This document shows positions 34,148 through 43,673 of a stretch of 64,000 nt of DNA, piece by piece. Below the pieces are notes generated by a model that saw only the letters and a program-made list of their open reading frames with translations, had not been told where the DNA came from and ran no database searches. Origin of the DNA: an uncultured delta proteobacterium (lineage in GTDB: Bacteria; Desulfobacterota; Binatia; UBA9968); contig CAVXEP010000028.1 in assembly GCA_963760795.1 (NCBI GenBank), positions 32,001 to 96,000 of the forward strand, given 5' to 3'. How positions within the stretch are numbered: position 1 is the first letter of the stretch; every line of letters begins with the position of its first letter. The position numbers and the translations under genes were made by a program.

Positions 34148-34351
34148 ATGCAAAAATCCGATACTGTGATCAAGTTGCTGACCCTCGCGGAGGCTGCCAA
34201 CATACTGAAGATATCGAAAAGAACCCTGCACCGCATGATCCAGCACCGGCAGATCCCGGCATTCAAGGTCGGCGGTCAGTGGCGCATTTTGGAAAGCCGG
34301 TTTCAGGAATGGGTCGAGGAAGAGGAGAATGTCATCCCAAAAGCGGGATAA
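34148..34351 (+). CDS. Excisionase-type helix-turn-helix (HTH_17) DNA-binding protein
   Basis: LLTLAEAANILKISKRTLHRMIQHRQIPAFKVGGQWRI; AGGAG RBS. Confidence 0.9.
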   Translation: MQKSDTVIKLLTLAEAANILKISKRTLHRMIQHRQIPAFKVGGQWRILESRFQEWVEEEENVIPKAG

Positions 34352-34645
34352 GACCACTAACCATCCCCCAAGCTCCCCCCTTGACTGTCCGCGAGATTTT
34401 CCCAACGACGTTTTCTCACTCACCGCCGCCTCAACGTGGCGAGTCGAACCCGAAGTCTTTTGTGGCTGGTTTCCTGCGCCATTAACCGCCGGACGCTGAA
34501 CCCATCAGACCGTAAACCTTCCGCACTCATTGGAACCATCGAGTGGCTGGCGTCCAATGCAATGAGCCGAGTGGTAACGATTCGTGACGACCACAGTTTC
34601 TGAGCGAGAGAAATGGGCTGAGTCGTCGGTGGTCGAGTCACCGAA

Positions 34646-35902
34646 TCATGAAGCGGGCAACACCACCTTAAACTCCGACCCTTGACCTAATTCGCTTTCG
34701 ACCGATACCCTACCGCCGAGCAATTCACAGAATTCCTTAACGATATAAAGGCCCAAGCCCATGCCGCCATGGTCTCTGATCTTAGCGGCATCGGCCTGCC
34801 AAAACTTGTGAAAGATAAGCCCGCTCTGGGCCTTGTCGATACCAATCCCCGTATCTTTAATCGAAATTTCCACTCGGTTGTTCTCTGGGTAATGTCGGAC
34901 GGTCACACGGATTTCACCTTTCTCGGTGAACTTGAGCGCATTATTGATTAGGTTACGCAGGATTATTTTCAATTTCGCGGCATCGGTCGTCATTTTGGGC
35001 AAAGTAGCCGAATAGTCCCATACCAGCAACTGTTGGTCCGTATCGCCGATCCCCCGATAATTACTCTCGAGATCCTCAAACAATACGTTGAGCACAACAT
35101 CCTCCCTGCGCACTTCGGCGGCACGGGTCTCGATGCTGGCGGTATCGAGAATCGCATTCATGATTTCCAGCAAGGTCTCCGATTGCTGCATGATTTTTCC
35201 CAGCGCCGCGCTTTGTTCTGCAGTCACGTCACCTAACATCTTTTCCTTGAGCACTTGGGCATAACTGGTGATAACGGTTAGCGGCGTTTTCAATTCATGG
35301 GAAAGTACGTTGAGCAACTCGGCCTTCCCCTTGTTCTTCTGCTCAGCCTGCTCGCGAAGCACTTTCTGTGTGCGCACCAGCTGCATGAAGTAACCATAGA
35401 ATAAGGACACAACGAAGAGAAATGGGAATCGCAACAGGGCGCTCGCATCGTAAGAGCCGCTACGAAAGAGGAGGACGCCATATCCTAATGGTGCCAGGAT
35501 CGAGATCGCCGCGACGGTTTTGGAAGTCTCGAAGAAACAGCAGACTATGATTAGAAAGAAGTAAGTAAGGAAGAACTCGCTGTCGACTTTGCCATTGACG
35601 ATTAGCGAAATTGTAATGACGAAGGTATCGAGCGCCAACAAAGAGCTATGAAACGCCGGCCGGTGAAACAATTCTTCCCTGATCGAATACAGGGCAACGT
35701 TGGTCGCCATGTAGAGTGCGACCAACAAGTTCAACAATTCGCTGGAAATCGTGTCGTCAACTCGGTGGATGATGAGATAGCTGCATAGGATCACCACGGC
35801 CCAACGGATCAGGATGACCGTCGACTTGGCCGGGCCTATGTCATCTTTTCTGACATCGGTTTGGCCATACGGGAAAAGCTCGATTGTTTCGGTATGGGCC
35901 AT
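34646..35902 (-). CDS. Membrane-bound sensor histidine kinase (orphan)
   Basis: About 6 TM segments, SHELKTPL H-box, NLINNALKFT, DTGIGI, GMGLGL; start could instead be the TTG at 35914. Confidence 0.93.
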   Translation of the reverse strand: MAHTETIELFPYGQTDVRKDDIGPAKSTVILIRWAVVILCSYLIIHRVDDTISSELLNLLVALYMATNVALYSIREELFHRPAFHSSLLALDTFVITISLIVNGKVDSEFFLTYFFLIIVCCFFETSKTVAAISILAPLGYGVLLFRSGSYDASALLRFPFLFVVSLFYGYFMQLVRTQKVLREQAEQKNKGKAELLNVLSHELKTPLTVITSYAQVLKEKMLGDVTAEQSAALGKIMQQSETLLEIMNAILDTASIETRAAEVRREDVVLNVLFEDLESNYRGIGDTDQQLLVWDYSATLPKMTTDAAKLKIILRNLINNALKFTEKGEIRVTVRHYPENNRVEISIKDTGIGIDKAQSGLIFHKFWQADAAKIRDHGGMGLGLYIVKEFCELLGGRVSVESELGQGSEFKVVLPAS

Positions 35903-36031
35903 GAGGACTTTCAATCTCCTTGTCGCGACGGTCCATTAACCGGTACGCAACAAAGATCATTGTAGCCTGCGAGAACGACTAAAGGAACGAAAAAAAGCCA
36001 ATCCGGGGGGAACTCAGGTATTCAGTGATCG

Positions 36032-37504
36032 TCACTTACCACGAGCGACGGCAAATCCGTATGATTCCCAGTTTTTGAGGACGCGCGCCTGCAGGTCCTT
36101 GGGCCAGAGATTTTCGAAGGTGGCTTTTTCCGGAATGCTCTCCTTGGGCCAGTCCTTGGGCCAGGTGCAATCGAAAATGACTCCCGCGGCGTCGCCGATC
36201 AATCGCTCCTTTGGCGCTAAGAACGGCAAGAGCACCGGGAAACCAGGAATATGCGGCACATGATGGACGCCGTTGACCGGATGGCACTTGGTCGTGATCG
36301 CGTGTAGCACCTCGTCCATATTGGTGGGATCGACATCTGGCTCGACGATGACCATGTAATAGACAAATAACCCAGGTTTGGTCGCCCACACGGCATGAGC
36401 CACCCGCCGGGCGAAGTTGACAAACGGCACTTCCGTGGACACCACACACATATGGCCGACGCCGAAGGGTGGGCAGAAAACACTTTTTACTGGCAGACCA
36501 AGTTTTTTGAGCTCGGAGTAGATCTCCGCGCCTTTGATTAACGCCGTCGCCGTCTGCCCTTCATGCACCGGCATGCCCATGTTGGAGAACGGCAGGATCG
36601 GATTGTTGCGATAGGTGATCGCCTTAATTCTTAGAATCGGTTTAGGCGACGATTTGCCGGCTTCATAGCCCATGTATTCGCCAAAGGGACCCTCGGTCTT
36701 GCGTTCATGCGGCAACACCTCACCTTCGATGACGATCTCAGAGGACGCCGGGACTTCCAGATCCACGGTCTCGCATTTCACCATCGGGATCGGTGCGTTT
36801 TGCAGCGCGCCAGCGACATCCGCTTCATTGACGTAAGGCGGCAGCATCACGCAGCTCACCAGTGGAATCACCGGCTGGCCGCCGATCGCCACCGCCACCG
36901 GCATCGGTTTATTCATCGCTTCGTATTTTTGGTACATCTGGCCGATATGCTGCTGCATCGGAAACAGACAACCGAGAGTGTTGCGATCATGGACCATCAG
37001 CCGGTACATGCCCCAATTGACCCACGAACTCTCTGGATCTTTGGTAATCACCGTATGCCAGGTACCGATGTAGCGGCCACCGTCGCCGCCATGAATCAAC
37101 GGAATCGGAAACTTGAGCACGTCGACGGCATCGCCAATATCGATGTTATCTTTGCACGGCCCAGTCTTAACCGTTACCGGCGGGATCAATTTTTCCTTGC
37201 GCTGTAAATAGGTCGCCATGATCTCTTTAGCAGTCGATGCCGGTGGCATATGCATGGCCAGCGCGGTGCGAGCGAACTGCCCGTGTCCGGGACGGCTGCT
37301 GGTACCCAATGGAGCGCCGAGGGCACGAAAGCCTTTGGGATAACCCTTCACTTTCTCGAATAAAGCCGCCGGCGCGCCGAGATCGTACACCCGCCGGGTG
37401 ATCGCGCCCATCTCCAGGTTCCAATCCACTTCGGCGTCGATGCGCTGTACTTCTTGATACTCCTCCAGGATATCGAGGTAATCCCTCAGATCGTCGATTT
37501 GCAT
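36032..37504 (-). CDS. UbiD family (prFMN-dependent) decarboxylase
   Basis: DGGRYI, NWGMYRLMV, EIVIEG, EGPFGE. Confidence 0.92.
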   Translation of the reverse strand: MQIDDLRDYLDILEEYQEVQRIDAEVDWNLEMGAITRRVYDLGAPAALFEKVKGYPKGFRALGAPLGTSSRPGHGQFARTALAMHMPPASTAKEIMATYLQRKEKLIPPVTVKTGPCKDNIDIGDAVDVLKFPIPLIHGGDGGRYIGTWHTVITKDPESSWVNWGMYRLMVHDRNTLGCLFPMQQHIGQMYQKYEAMNKPMPVAVAIGGQPVIPLVSCVMLPPYVNEADVAGALQNAPIPMVKCETVDLEVPASSEIVIEGEVLPHERKTEGPFGEYMGYEAGKSSPKPILRIKAITYRNNPILPFSNMGMPVHEGQTATALIKGAEIYSELKKLGLPVKSVFCPPFGVGHMCVVSTEVPFVNFARRVAHAVWATKPGLFVYYMVIVEPDVDPTNMDEVLHAITTKCHPVNGVHHVPHIPGFPVLLPFLAPKERLIGDAAGVIFDCTWPKDWPKESIPEKATFENLWPKDLQARVLKNWESYGFAVARGK

Positions 37505-37705
37505 TGACTTACTCCTAACTTAAGACCAGCGCGCAGGATCCGTTGAAGCGGCATGATAATTTCGCCCCAAAGCAATTTATAGCAGAGCCACCCGCCAGCG
37601 GCAAAAGAAATCTCCTAAGAGTGCCACGACAAACTTGCGCCGATCAAACTAGACAAAGATTTCCCAGTGCTTTATAGTCCGGAACTTGACGGTAAGGAGG
37701 CATTC

Positions 37706-38113
37706 ATGGCAGAGAGCAACAGACCAAGCGGACTACCGGCGGATTTGGGCGCATACCTCGGTGCCGGCACGAAAATCAACGGCAAACTCCATTTCGAAGG
37801 CCAAGTGACGATTGATGGCGAAGTTGAAGGAGAAATCGTCGCTCAGGCCCATATCATCGTGGGCCAGCAGGCAACTATCAAAGGTAAAGTGACCGCGCAA
37901 TCGATTTTGGTGCAGGGCAAGGTAATGGCCGATGTCGTGACCGAAAAGAAACTGGAAATCCAGCCGCCCGGCACGGTGATGGGCGACGTGACTACACAAA
38001 GCTTAGTGATCGGTGATGGCGCCGTGCTCGAAGGGCATATCTCGATGAGGAAAAACGAGGGCCGGGCCATCCCGCTGCGCCAAGAGCAGAAAAAAGAAGG
38101 CAGCGTTTCCTAG
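37706..38113 (+). CDS. Bactofilin (polymer-forming cytoskeletal protein)
   Basis: GTKINGKLHFEGQVTIDGEVEGEI...GAVLEGHISM; AAGGAGG RBS. Confidence 0.92.
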   Translation: MAESNRPSGLPADLGAYLGAGTKINGKLHFEGQVTIDGEVEGEIVAQAHIIVGQQATIKGKVTAQSILVQGKVMADVVTEKKLEIQPPGTVMGDVTTQSLVIGDGAVLEGHISMRKNEGRAIPLRQEQKKEGSVS

Positions 38114-38116
38114 GCT

Positions 38117-39883
38117 TCAGTCCGCGAACAGCGGCACTATTCTCCGCTCTTTCGCGTTCACCAAACCGCGCGCGGTGATCCGTAGCGCCGGCAAGGTCAC
38201 GAACGGCAAGAAGTTCAAAGCAAAGATGGGCTTGTCGAGAGACGAGCCCATTTCTTTTAGACGGCCTTGAATGCGCCGCATCCCCCTGCCGATTTCCTGC
38301 CACGGGAACATCGAAAAAATTCCGCCAAAGGGCAATTCCATTTTCTCCACCACCTGACCGCCATCGACGATCGCCATCCCGCCGCCGACCTCCAGCAAAA
38401 CATTGGCGCACAATGCCATGTCAGCATCGTCGCTGCCAACGATCATCAAGGTATTTTCATCCAGGTTGGTCGTCAGACCGACGGCGCCGACCTTTACGCC
38501 GAACCCATTGAGAAAACCGAAGGCAACTTGCGGCGATCTCCCATGCCGGTCGAACATCGCGACTTTGAGAATGTCGTCGTAAAGACTCGCCTCGACGAAA
38601 CCATTGGCCGCGTTGAACTCGACAATCCGCTGCGCCGTGATCGTCTGGCTCACCAGCTGCATCACACGCACTTTGGGATTAGCGCGTGGAGCGGCAATTT
38701 TGAACACAGCTTGCGAAATCGACAAGCCGACGCGCAACGAGCGCATCAGCTCCTGCGGCAGCGGCATCGCTTCGCCGTGAAACTCGGACACGCCATTGCC
38801 GGCAACACGCTTACCGCCCACACGCACTTCGCGCACATGGCACGATTCGAGATTGTCGAGCAAAACCAAATCGGCGTAACGCCCCGGAGCGATTCCGCCA
38901 ACATCCTGTTCAATGCCCGAGTAAACCGCGGGATTGAGGGTTACAGTTTGAATCGCTTGCAGCGGCGAAAGTCCCAACGCGATAGCTCGCCGCACCACAT
39001 GGTCCATATGGCCGCACTCCGCGACATCGTCCGGAGTCATGCTGTCGGTGACGAGAATGAGCCGCTGCAGGCTAATGCCCGATGCGATCAATTCTGGCAG
39101 CGTGGTCGCCAAGTCTTGGCGCAACGAGCCCTCACGGAGCATGGTCCAGTAGCCCAAGCGCAACCGCTCCAGGGCATCCTCAAAGCGAATCGGTTCATGA
39201 CAAGAAGAGATGCCGGTGGCGGCCACCGCGCAGAGTTTTTGATCGCGCGCGCCGGCGGTGTGGCCATGCACGATCTGGCCGCGCCGCGAGGCCAACTCCA
39301 AGCGCGCCAAAAGCTCGTCGTCGCATTGCGTCAGGCGCAGCCAGGAGACGATCTCGCCCATGCCGAGCACGCGGCCATCGTCCAACGCCGTGGCAATCTC
39401 GGCGTTGGTAAATTCCGCCGTGCTGCACAAAAGTGGGTCCTGCGGCGCCACCATCGAGACCAAGGTGTAGACCCGCAGCGGGTGTCTCTCGACTTCGTCG
39501 AGAAACAGTTTCAAACCGCGCAGGCCGTAGACGCTCGACAGCTCATCACAGGACGCGACCAATGAAGTGGTGCCGTGCGGCAGAAACGATTGGAGATTCT
39601 CAAAGGGACGAGCGTAATGACCGATATGAGTATGACCGTCGATGAACCCTGGCGCTATGTGACAGCCCGCAGCGTCGAGCATCTCGGTCTCGTCACCGCG
39701 GGTATGCCTAGCGCTGGAGCCGACGTAGCAAATCCGTCCGTCGAGCACCGCGATCTCGACACCCGGTAGGATTTCCCCGGAATAAACGTTGATCAGCTTG
39801 CCGCCGTTGACGATGAGATCCGCCTTCACCTCGCCCAGAGCGCCGCGAATCAAACGAGCAAGTTGTTGTTTCGACCGCGCCAT
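38117..39883 (-). CDS. Adenine deaminase-like amidohydrolase (divergent active site)
   Basis: APGFIDGHTH, HGTT, SCHE, LREGS, GGIAPGRYAD and an AdeC-type C-terminal domain. Confidence 0.82.
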   Translation of the reverse strand: MARSKQQLARLIRGALGEVKADLIVNGGKLINVYSGEILPGVEIAVLDGRICYVGSSARHTRGDETEMLDAAGCHIAPGFIDGHTHIGHYARPFENLQSFLPHGTTSLVASCDELSSVYGLRGLKLFLDEVERHPLRVYTLVSMVAPQDPLLCSTAEFTNAEIATALDDGRVLGMGEIVSWLRLTQCDDELLARLELASRRGQIVHGHTAGARDQKLCAVAATGISSCHEPIRFEDALERLRLGYWTMLREGSLRQDLATTLPELIASGISLQRLILVTDSMTPDDVAECGHMDHVVRRAIALGLSPLQAIQTVTLNPAVYSGIEQDVGGIAPGRYADLVLLDNLESCHVREVRVGGKRVAGNGVSEFHGEAMPLPQELMRSLRVGLSISQAVFKIAAPRANPKVRVMQLVSQTITAQRIVEFNAANGFVEASLYDDILKVAMFDRHGRSPQVAFGFLNGFGVKVGAVGLTTNLDENTLMIVGSDDADMALCANVLLEVGGGMAIVDGGQVVEKMELPFGGIFSMFPWQEIGRGMRRIQGRLKEMGSSLDKPIFALNFLPFVTLPALRITARGLVNAKERRIVPLFAD

Positions 39884-39929
39884 TACGCCGGTTGTAACAT
39901 GAAGCAAGAAACGTTACCAAAGGGCGAAT

Positions 39930-40439
39930 ATGACGAGACTGCCAAGAACGACTGTAATTTTTTTGATTACGCTGGGCTCCATCGTTTGCGATCAAGCGAC
40001 CAAGTTCATCGCCAAGCGATATCTTCGGGTCGGTGATTTTTTTTCTTACGCCGGCGACACCTTTCGGCTACAGTACGCCGAAAATAGCGGCGCATTCTTG
40101 GGCCTCGGTTCGACGATACCCGATCCCTGGCGCCACTTAATTTTCACCGTCTTGGTCGGGATATTTCTCTTGGCATTGTTGGTTTACCTGCTGCGAAGTA
40201 GCGAGCTGACCTCTTTTGCCACCAAATGTTTGTCATTCATCTGCGCCGGCGGTCTGAGCAATCTGATCGATCGCATCGCCTACGACGGTCGGGTGGTCGA
40301 TTTCCTCAACGTGGGTATCGGCCCGCTGCGCACCGGTATATTCAACCTCGCCGACATGGCCATCACCTTCGGCGCTCTGCTGATGCTGCTGGAGAGTTTT
40401 CGAACTCCGAGGTCGGCGGAACTGCCCGAGAAGCAATGA
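39930..40439 (+). CDS. lspA: Lipoprotein signal peptidase II
   Basis: DQATK, NSGAF, GGLSNLIDR, VVDF, FNLAD. Confidence 0.93.
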   Translation: MTRLPRTTVIFLITLGSIVCDQATKFIAKRYLRVGDFFSYAGDTFRLQYAENSGAFLGLGSTIPDPWRHLIFTVLVGIFLLALLVYLLRSSELTSFATKCLSFICAGGLSNLIDRIAYDGRVVDFLNVGIGPLRTGIFNLADMAITFGALLMLLESFRTPRSAELPEKQ

Positions 40440-40981
40440 TCGTCGGAAAAGCAACTCTTTCGTTATTGCTTATTGCGGCCTTGCTGCGACCTGAGGCAAG
40501 TCTATTCGCCGCGCAAATGGCAACGGTTGTTCAACCCTCATCGCTATGCCGCGCCGAGGAGCAAGTCATATTCACTTGCGTGGCGGCGGGTTCGGCAAAA
40601 CTCGTCTCGTTGTGCGGCTCCAAGCTCCTCGATCATCGCCGCGGCTACTTGCAATACCGCTACGGCAAACCCGGCGCCATCGAGCTGCAATTCCCCCAGG
40701 CACGCGCCAACACACAACTTGCCTTTCGCTACGCCCACTACTTCCGCGCCCAGGTAGATCGCACCGAAATCAGCTTCGACAACCAGGATTATCGCTACAT
40801 CCTCTTCGATTATTACGAAGGCGACGTGAAGCCAGTGGTCGCCGTTGCCGGTGTCCGTGTCGGCAAACATGGCACAAAAGGACGGGAGACAGAGTTGCAA
40901 TGCCAATCGAGACCGGCAAGCAAGCTCGGTTCCCTGGAAACCGTCATCCGTCGCGACCATGACAACCCGCTCAATCAGTGA
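40436..40981 (+). CDS. Hypothetical exported protein with four cysteines
   Basis: ATGA overlap with lspA; signal peptide MIVGKATLSLLLIAALL; SLC..EQVIFTC..VSLCG..LQYRYG..LQC. Confidence 0.7.
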   Translation: MIVGKATLSLLLIAALLRPEASLFAAQMATVVQPSSLCRAEEQVIFTCVAAGSAKLVSLCGSKLLDHRRGYLQYRYGKPGAIELQFPQARANTQLAFRYAHYFRAQVDRTEISFDNQDYRYILFDYYEGDVKPVVAVAGVRVGKHGTKGRETELQCQSRPASKLGSLETVIRRDHDNPLNQ

Positions 40982-41029
40982 CGTCGCGCCGGACGACAGC
41001 GAGTCACGATCAATTGTTAGGAGTTCACC

Positions 41030-41348
41030 ATGGCATGGATTTATCTATGCATCGCTGGGCTTTTAGAAATCTTTTGGGCGATCAGCCTCAAGCACACCGA
41101 AGGGTTCAGCAATCTTCGCTGGAGCGTCTGTAACGATAATCGGAATGACGGCGAGCTTCTATTTTCTCGCTCAAGCTCTCAAAACTATTCCCGTCGGTAC
41201 CGCCTACGCCATCTGGACCGGCATCGGTGCGGCCGGCACAGCGATTCTTGGAATTGTACTATTCTCTGAATCAGCTGCCCTGCCGCGGCTCGCCTGCATC
41301 GGCCTAATCATCGCTGGCATCGTCGGCCTGAAACTTACCTCATCTTAA
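41030..41348 (+). CDS. sugE: SMR family exporter, SugE/Gdx type (+1 frameshift near 41129)
   Basis: [26 protein letters not shown] joined to [14 protein letters not shown]...GIVGLKL. Confidence 0.88.
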
Positions 41349-41443
41349 GCGTAAGCGAACAGAGGCGGCCCATAACCCTGCCCTCGGACCGCGAAATTTG
41401 CTATGACCGATGTTATCAACGAGGCATAGGAAGGAGCGAAACC

Positions 41444-41861
41444 ATGAGTATCGAAACGAATGTTGCGACTATTGAAGGATGCTTATCAACGCTGGCACGA
41501 TACTAAAGCTGGCAGCGTCGATCACTGGTTGAACCTAATGACCGACGACGTGCAGTTCCGCTCCCTTGCCGCCGGGGCCGTAGAAATGCAATTCACCCGC
41601 CCATCTTGCTGCAAGGACGACGTGAAGCAATACTTCGCCGGACTGACAAACGAGTGGGAGATGATCTACTACCGCGTCGACGAATACATCGCCCAAGCCG
41701 ACCGCGTCGTCGCGCTGTCCCAAGTGTCGTTCAGGCACAAAAAGACCGGCAAGACGCTCGTTACACCCAAAGCTGACTTCCACAAGTTTCGGGACGGCAA
41801 AATCTGCGAGTTTTTCGAGTTCTACGATACGGCGCAGGCGCTAGCGACCGCCACAGCATAA
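41444..41861 (+). CDS. SnoaL/NTF2-like protein (+1 frameshift near 41469)
   Basis: AAGGAG RBS and ATG at 41444 (MSIETNVA) join LLKDAYQRW...FRDGKICEFFEFYDT after removing one base. Confidence 0.8.
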
Positions 41862-41968
41862 TCTTCGTAGAACGAGCGGAGCGCAGCGACCGACACCCAG
41901 CAATCAATTAGGATTTTGACTTTTGCCGCCCCCACCCATAATCTGCCGTCACGAGAGGTATTTGAAAC

Positions 41969-42887
41969 ATGATCATCGACTGCCACGCTCATTTAGTGCC
42001 GCAAAGCTGGTTTCATCCGAAATCGCCCAAGTGGATGTTCGATTTGCCGCATTTGTTCGACGAACAGGACAAGTCCGGCGTCGACATCACGGTGTTCGGC
42101 AACAACTGGATACGCTCGCCGGACGGCTACGATCCGTTGAAGGTCGTCCAGGAGTTCAACGTCCACGCCGCCGAACTCACCGCCAAGCATCCGAAACGAC
42201 TGCTTGGCCTCGCCTGCTCGGTGCCCTACGACAGCGGGCCGATTCTCAAAGAGACTGAAAAAGCCATTCGCGAGTACAAGCTCAAGGGCATCATGATCAA
42301 CTACAAGCACCGACGGCGAGTACCTCGACTCGCCGCGGGCGACACCGTTTTTCGAGATGGTCAGCGATCTGAATGTTCCCGTCTTCGTCCATCCACCGAA
42401 ATTCACCATCGGTAACGAGAAGATGGAAATGTATCGTCTGCCGGAAATGCTGGGCCGCCCCTTCGACACCACGCTGTCGCTGACCCGCTTCATCTTCACC
42501 GGCGGCTTCGAGAAATTTCCCAAGCTCAAAATGGTCTGCGCCCATGTCGGCGGCGCGCTGGCGATGCTGCCAGGACGTTACGGCTTTGGCTACGAGCTTA
42601 GAAAAGACGACAGCTTCGGCGCCTGGGAGCCCGACGTCATGACCCGCCCGCCGGCGAGCTACATGAAGCAACTCTTCTTCGACACCGTCTGTTATCACCC
42701 GCCCGCCGTGCAATGCGCCATCGATACGATTGGCATCGATCAAGTGGTCTTCGGCAGCGACACGCCGCCGGTGCCAATCACGCTGGTGCGCGCCGTCGAC
42801 ACCGTGAAGCAGTTGAAGATTTCCGACGCAGACAAGCAAAAAGTCCTCGGTGGTAATGCGGCAAAGTTATTGGGCTTAGCCGGATAA
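41969..42887 (+). CDS. Amidohydrolase_2 / ACMSD-like metal-dependent decarboxylase or hydrolase (+1 frameshift near 42302)
   Basis: IIDCHAH, VFVHP, AHVGG, FGSD.P. Confidence 0.88.
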
Positions 42888-42898
42888 AATCATCGGAG

Positions 42899-42978
42899 CC
42901 CTGCGACTAAGCCAGGGCGAACGGAATGATTCGGACATGTCACGTACCGTTTCCCGTTCGTGCTGAGCTTGTCGAAGC
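42899..42978. repeat. REP-like inverted repeat (CCGTTCGTGCTGAGCTTGTCGAAG type)
   Basis: ccctgcgactaagccagggcgaacgg ... ccgttcgtgctgagcttgtcgaagc form imperfect inverted arms. Confidence 0.7.
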
Positions 42979-43019
42979 GCTCCAAAGGTTCGGCTCGTAA
43001 ACCACAGACCGGAGTGACA

Positions 43020-43511
43020 ATGACAAAACAACTCAATCCCGGCGACGCATTTCCGCAGTTCGAGGTCGCCACCGTCAGCGGGTCGACGTTATCCATTCCC
43101 AGCGATCTCACAGGCGATTACGCCGTCATCATCTTTTATCGCGGCATTTGGTGACCCTACTGCGTGCGGCAGGTTGCCGACTATCAAGCGCATCTCGAAG
43201 AATTCACAGCGGAGAACACCGACATCGTCGCCCTGTCAGTCGATCCACTCGATAAAGCCCAAGAGATGGTCGCAAAGACCGGCGCGACATTTCCCGTCGG
43301 TTATGGCCTCAAAGTACCGGAAGATGCCGACCGCGTCGGCGCCTACTGGGAAGAACGGCGCGGCATCATTCACGCGACGAATTTCACCCTCGGCCCGGAC
43401 CGCAAGGTACTCCAAGCCTGCTTCGCCACCGGCCCCATCGGGAGAATCGCCGCCGTCGATGCGTTAAGCTCGATCCGCGGTAGCAAAAAGCGCAAAGCCC
43501 AAGGCGGGTAG
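43020..43511 (+). CDS. Peroxiredoxin-like (AhpC/TSA) selenoprotein with UxxC motif
   Basis: GGAG RBS, ATG 43020; MTKQLNPGDAFP...IIFYRGIW-TGA(43152)-PYCVRQ...VALSVD continues in frame to TAG at 43511; SECIS-like hairpin follows the TGA. Confidence 0.88.
43164..43181 (+). promoter_or_regulatory. Putative bacterial SECIS element
   Basis: GT-(G)-CGGCA-GGT-TGCCG-AC hairpin; the G-starting apical loop begins 17 nt after the TGA. Confidence 0.72.
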
Positions 43512-43566
43512 CAAGAGTCGGTGATTATTCCGGGAATTGAGTCGACGAGAAGTCTTGAACGAAGAC

Positions 43567-43660
43567 GAGATCCCTCACAATCGTTCGGGATGACACACAA
43601 GCAAGTTTCTTCCTTTAGATGCCCTCTCGCCCGCTTGCGGGAGAGGGCTGCGGTGAGGGC
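43567..43660. repeat. Two adjacent REP-like palindromic units
   Basis: gagatccctcacaatcgttcgggatgaca and ccctctcgcccgcttgcgggagagggctgcggtgaggg between convergent genes. Confidence 0.65.
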
Positions 43661-43673
43661 AATTGGATTAGAT

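Noticed and set aside
33741-36000. Integrative element or prophage at tRNA-Leu
   Set aside because: No integrase, phage genes or duplicate of the tRNA 3' end was seen in the window; only a lone HTH gene.
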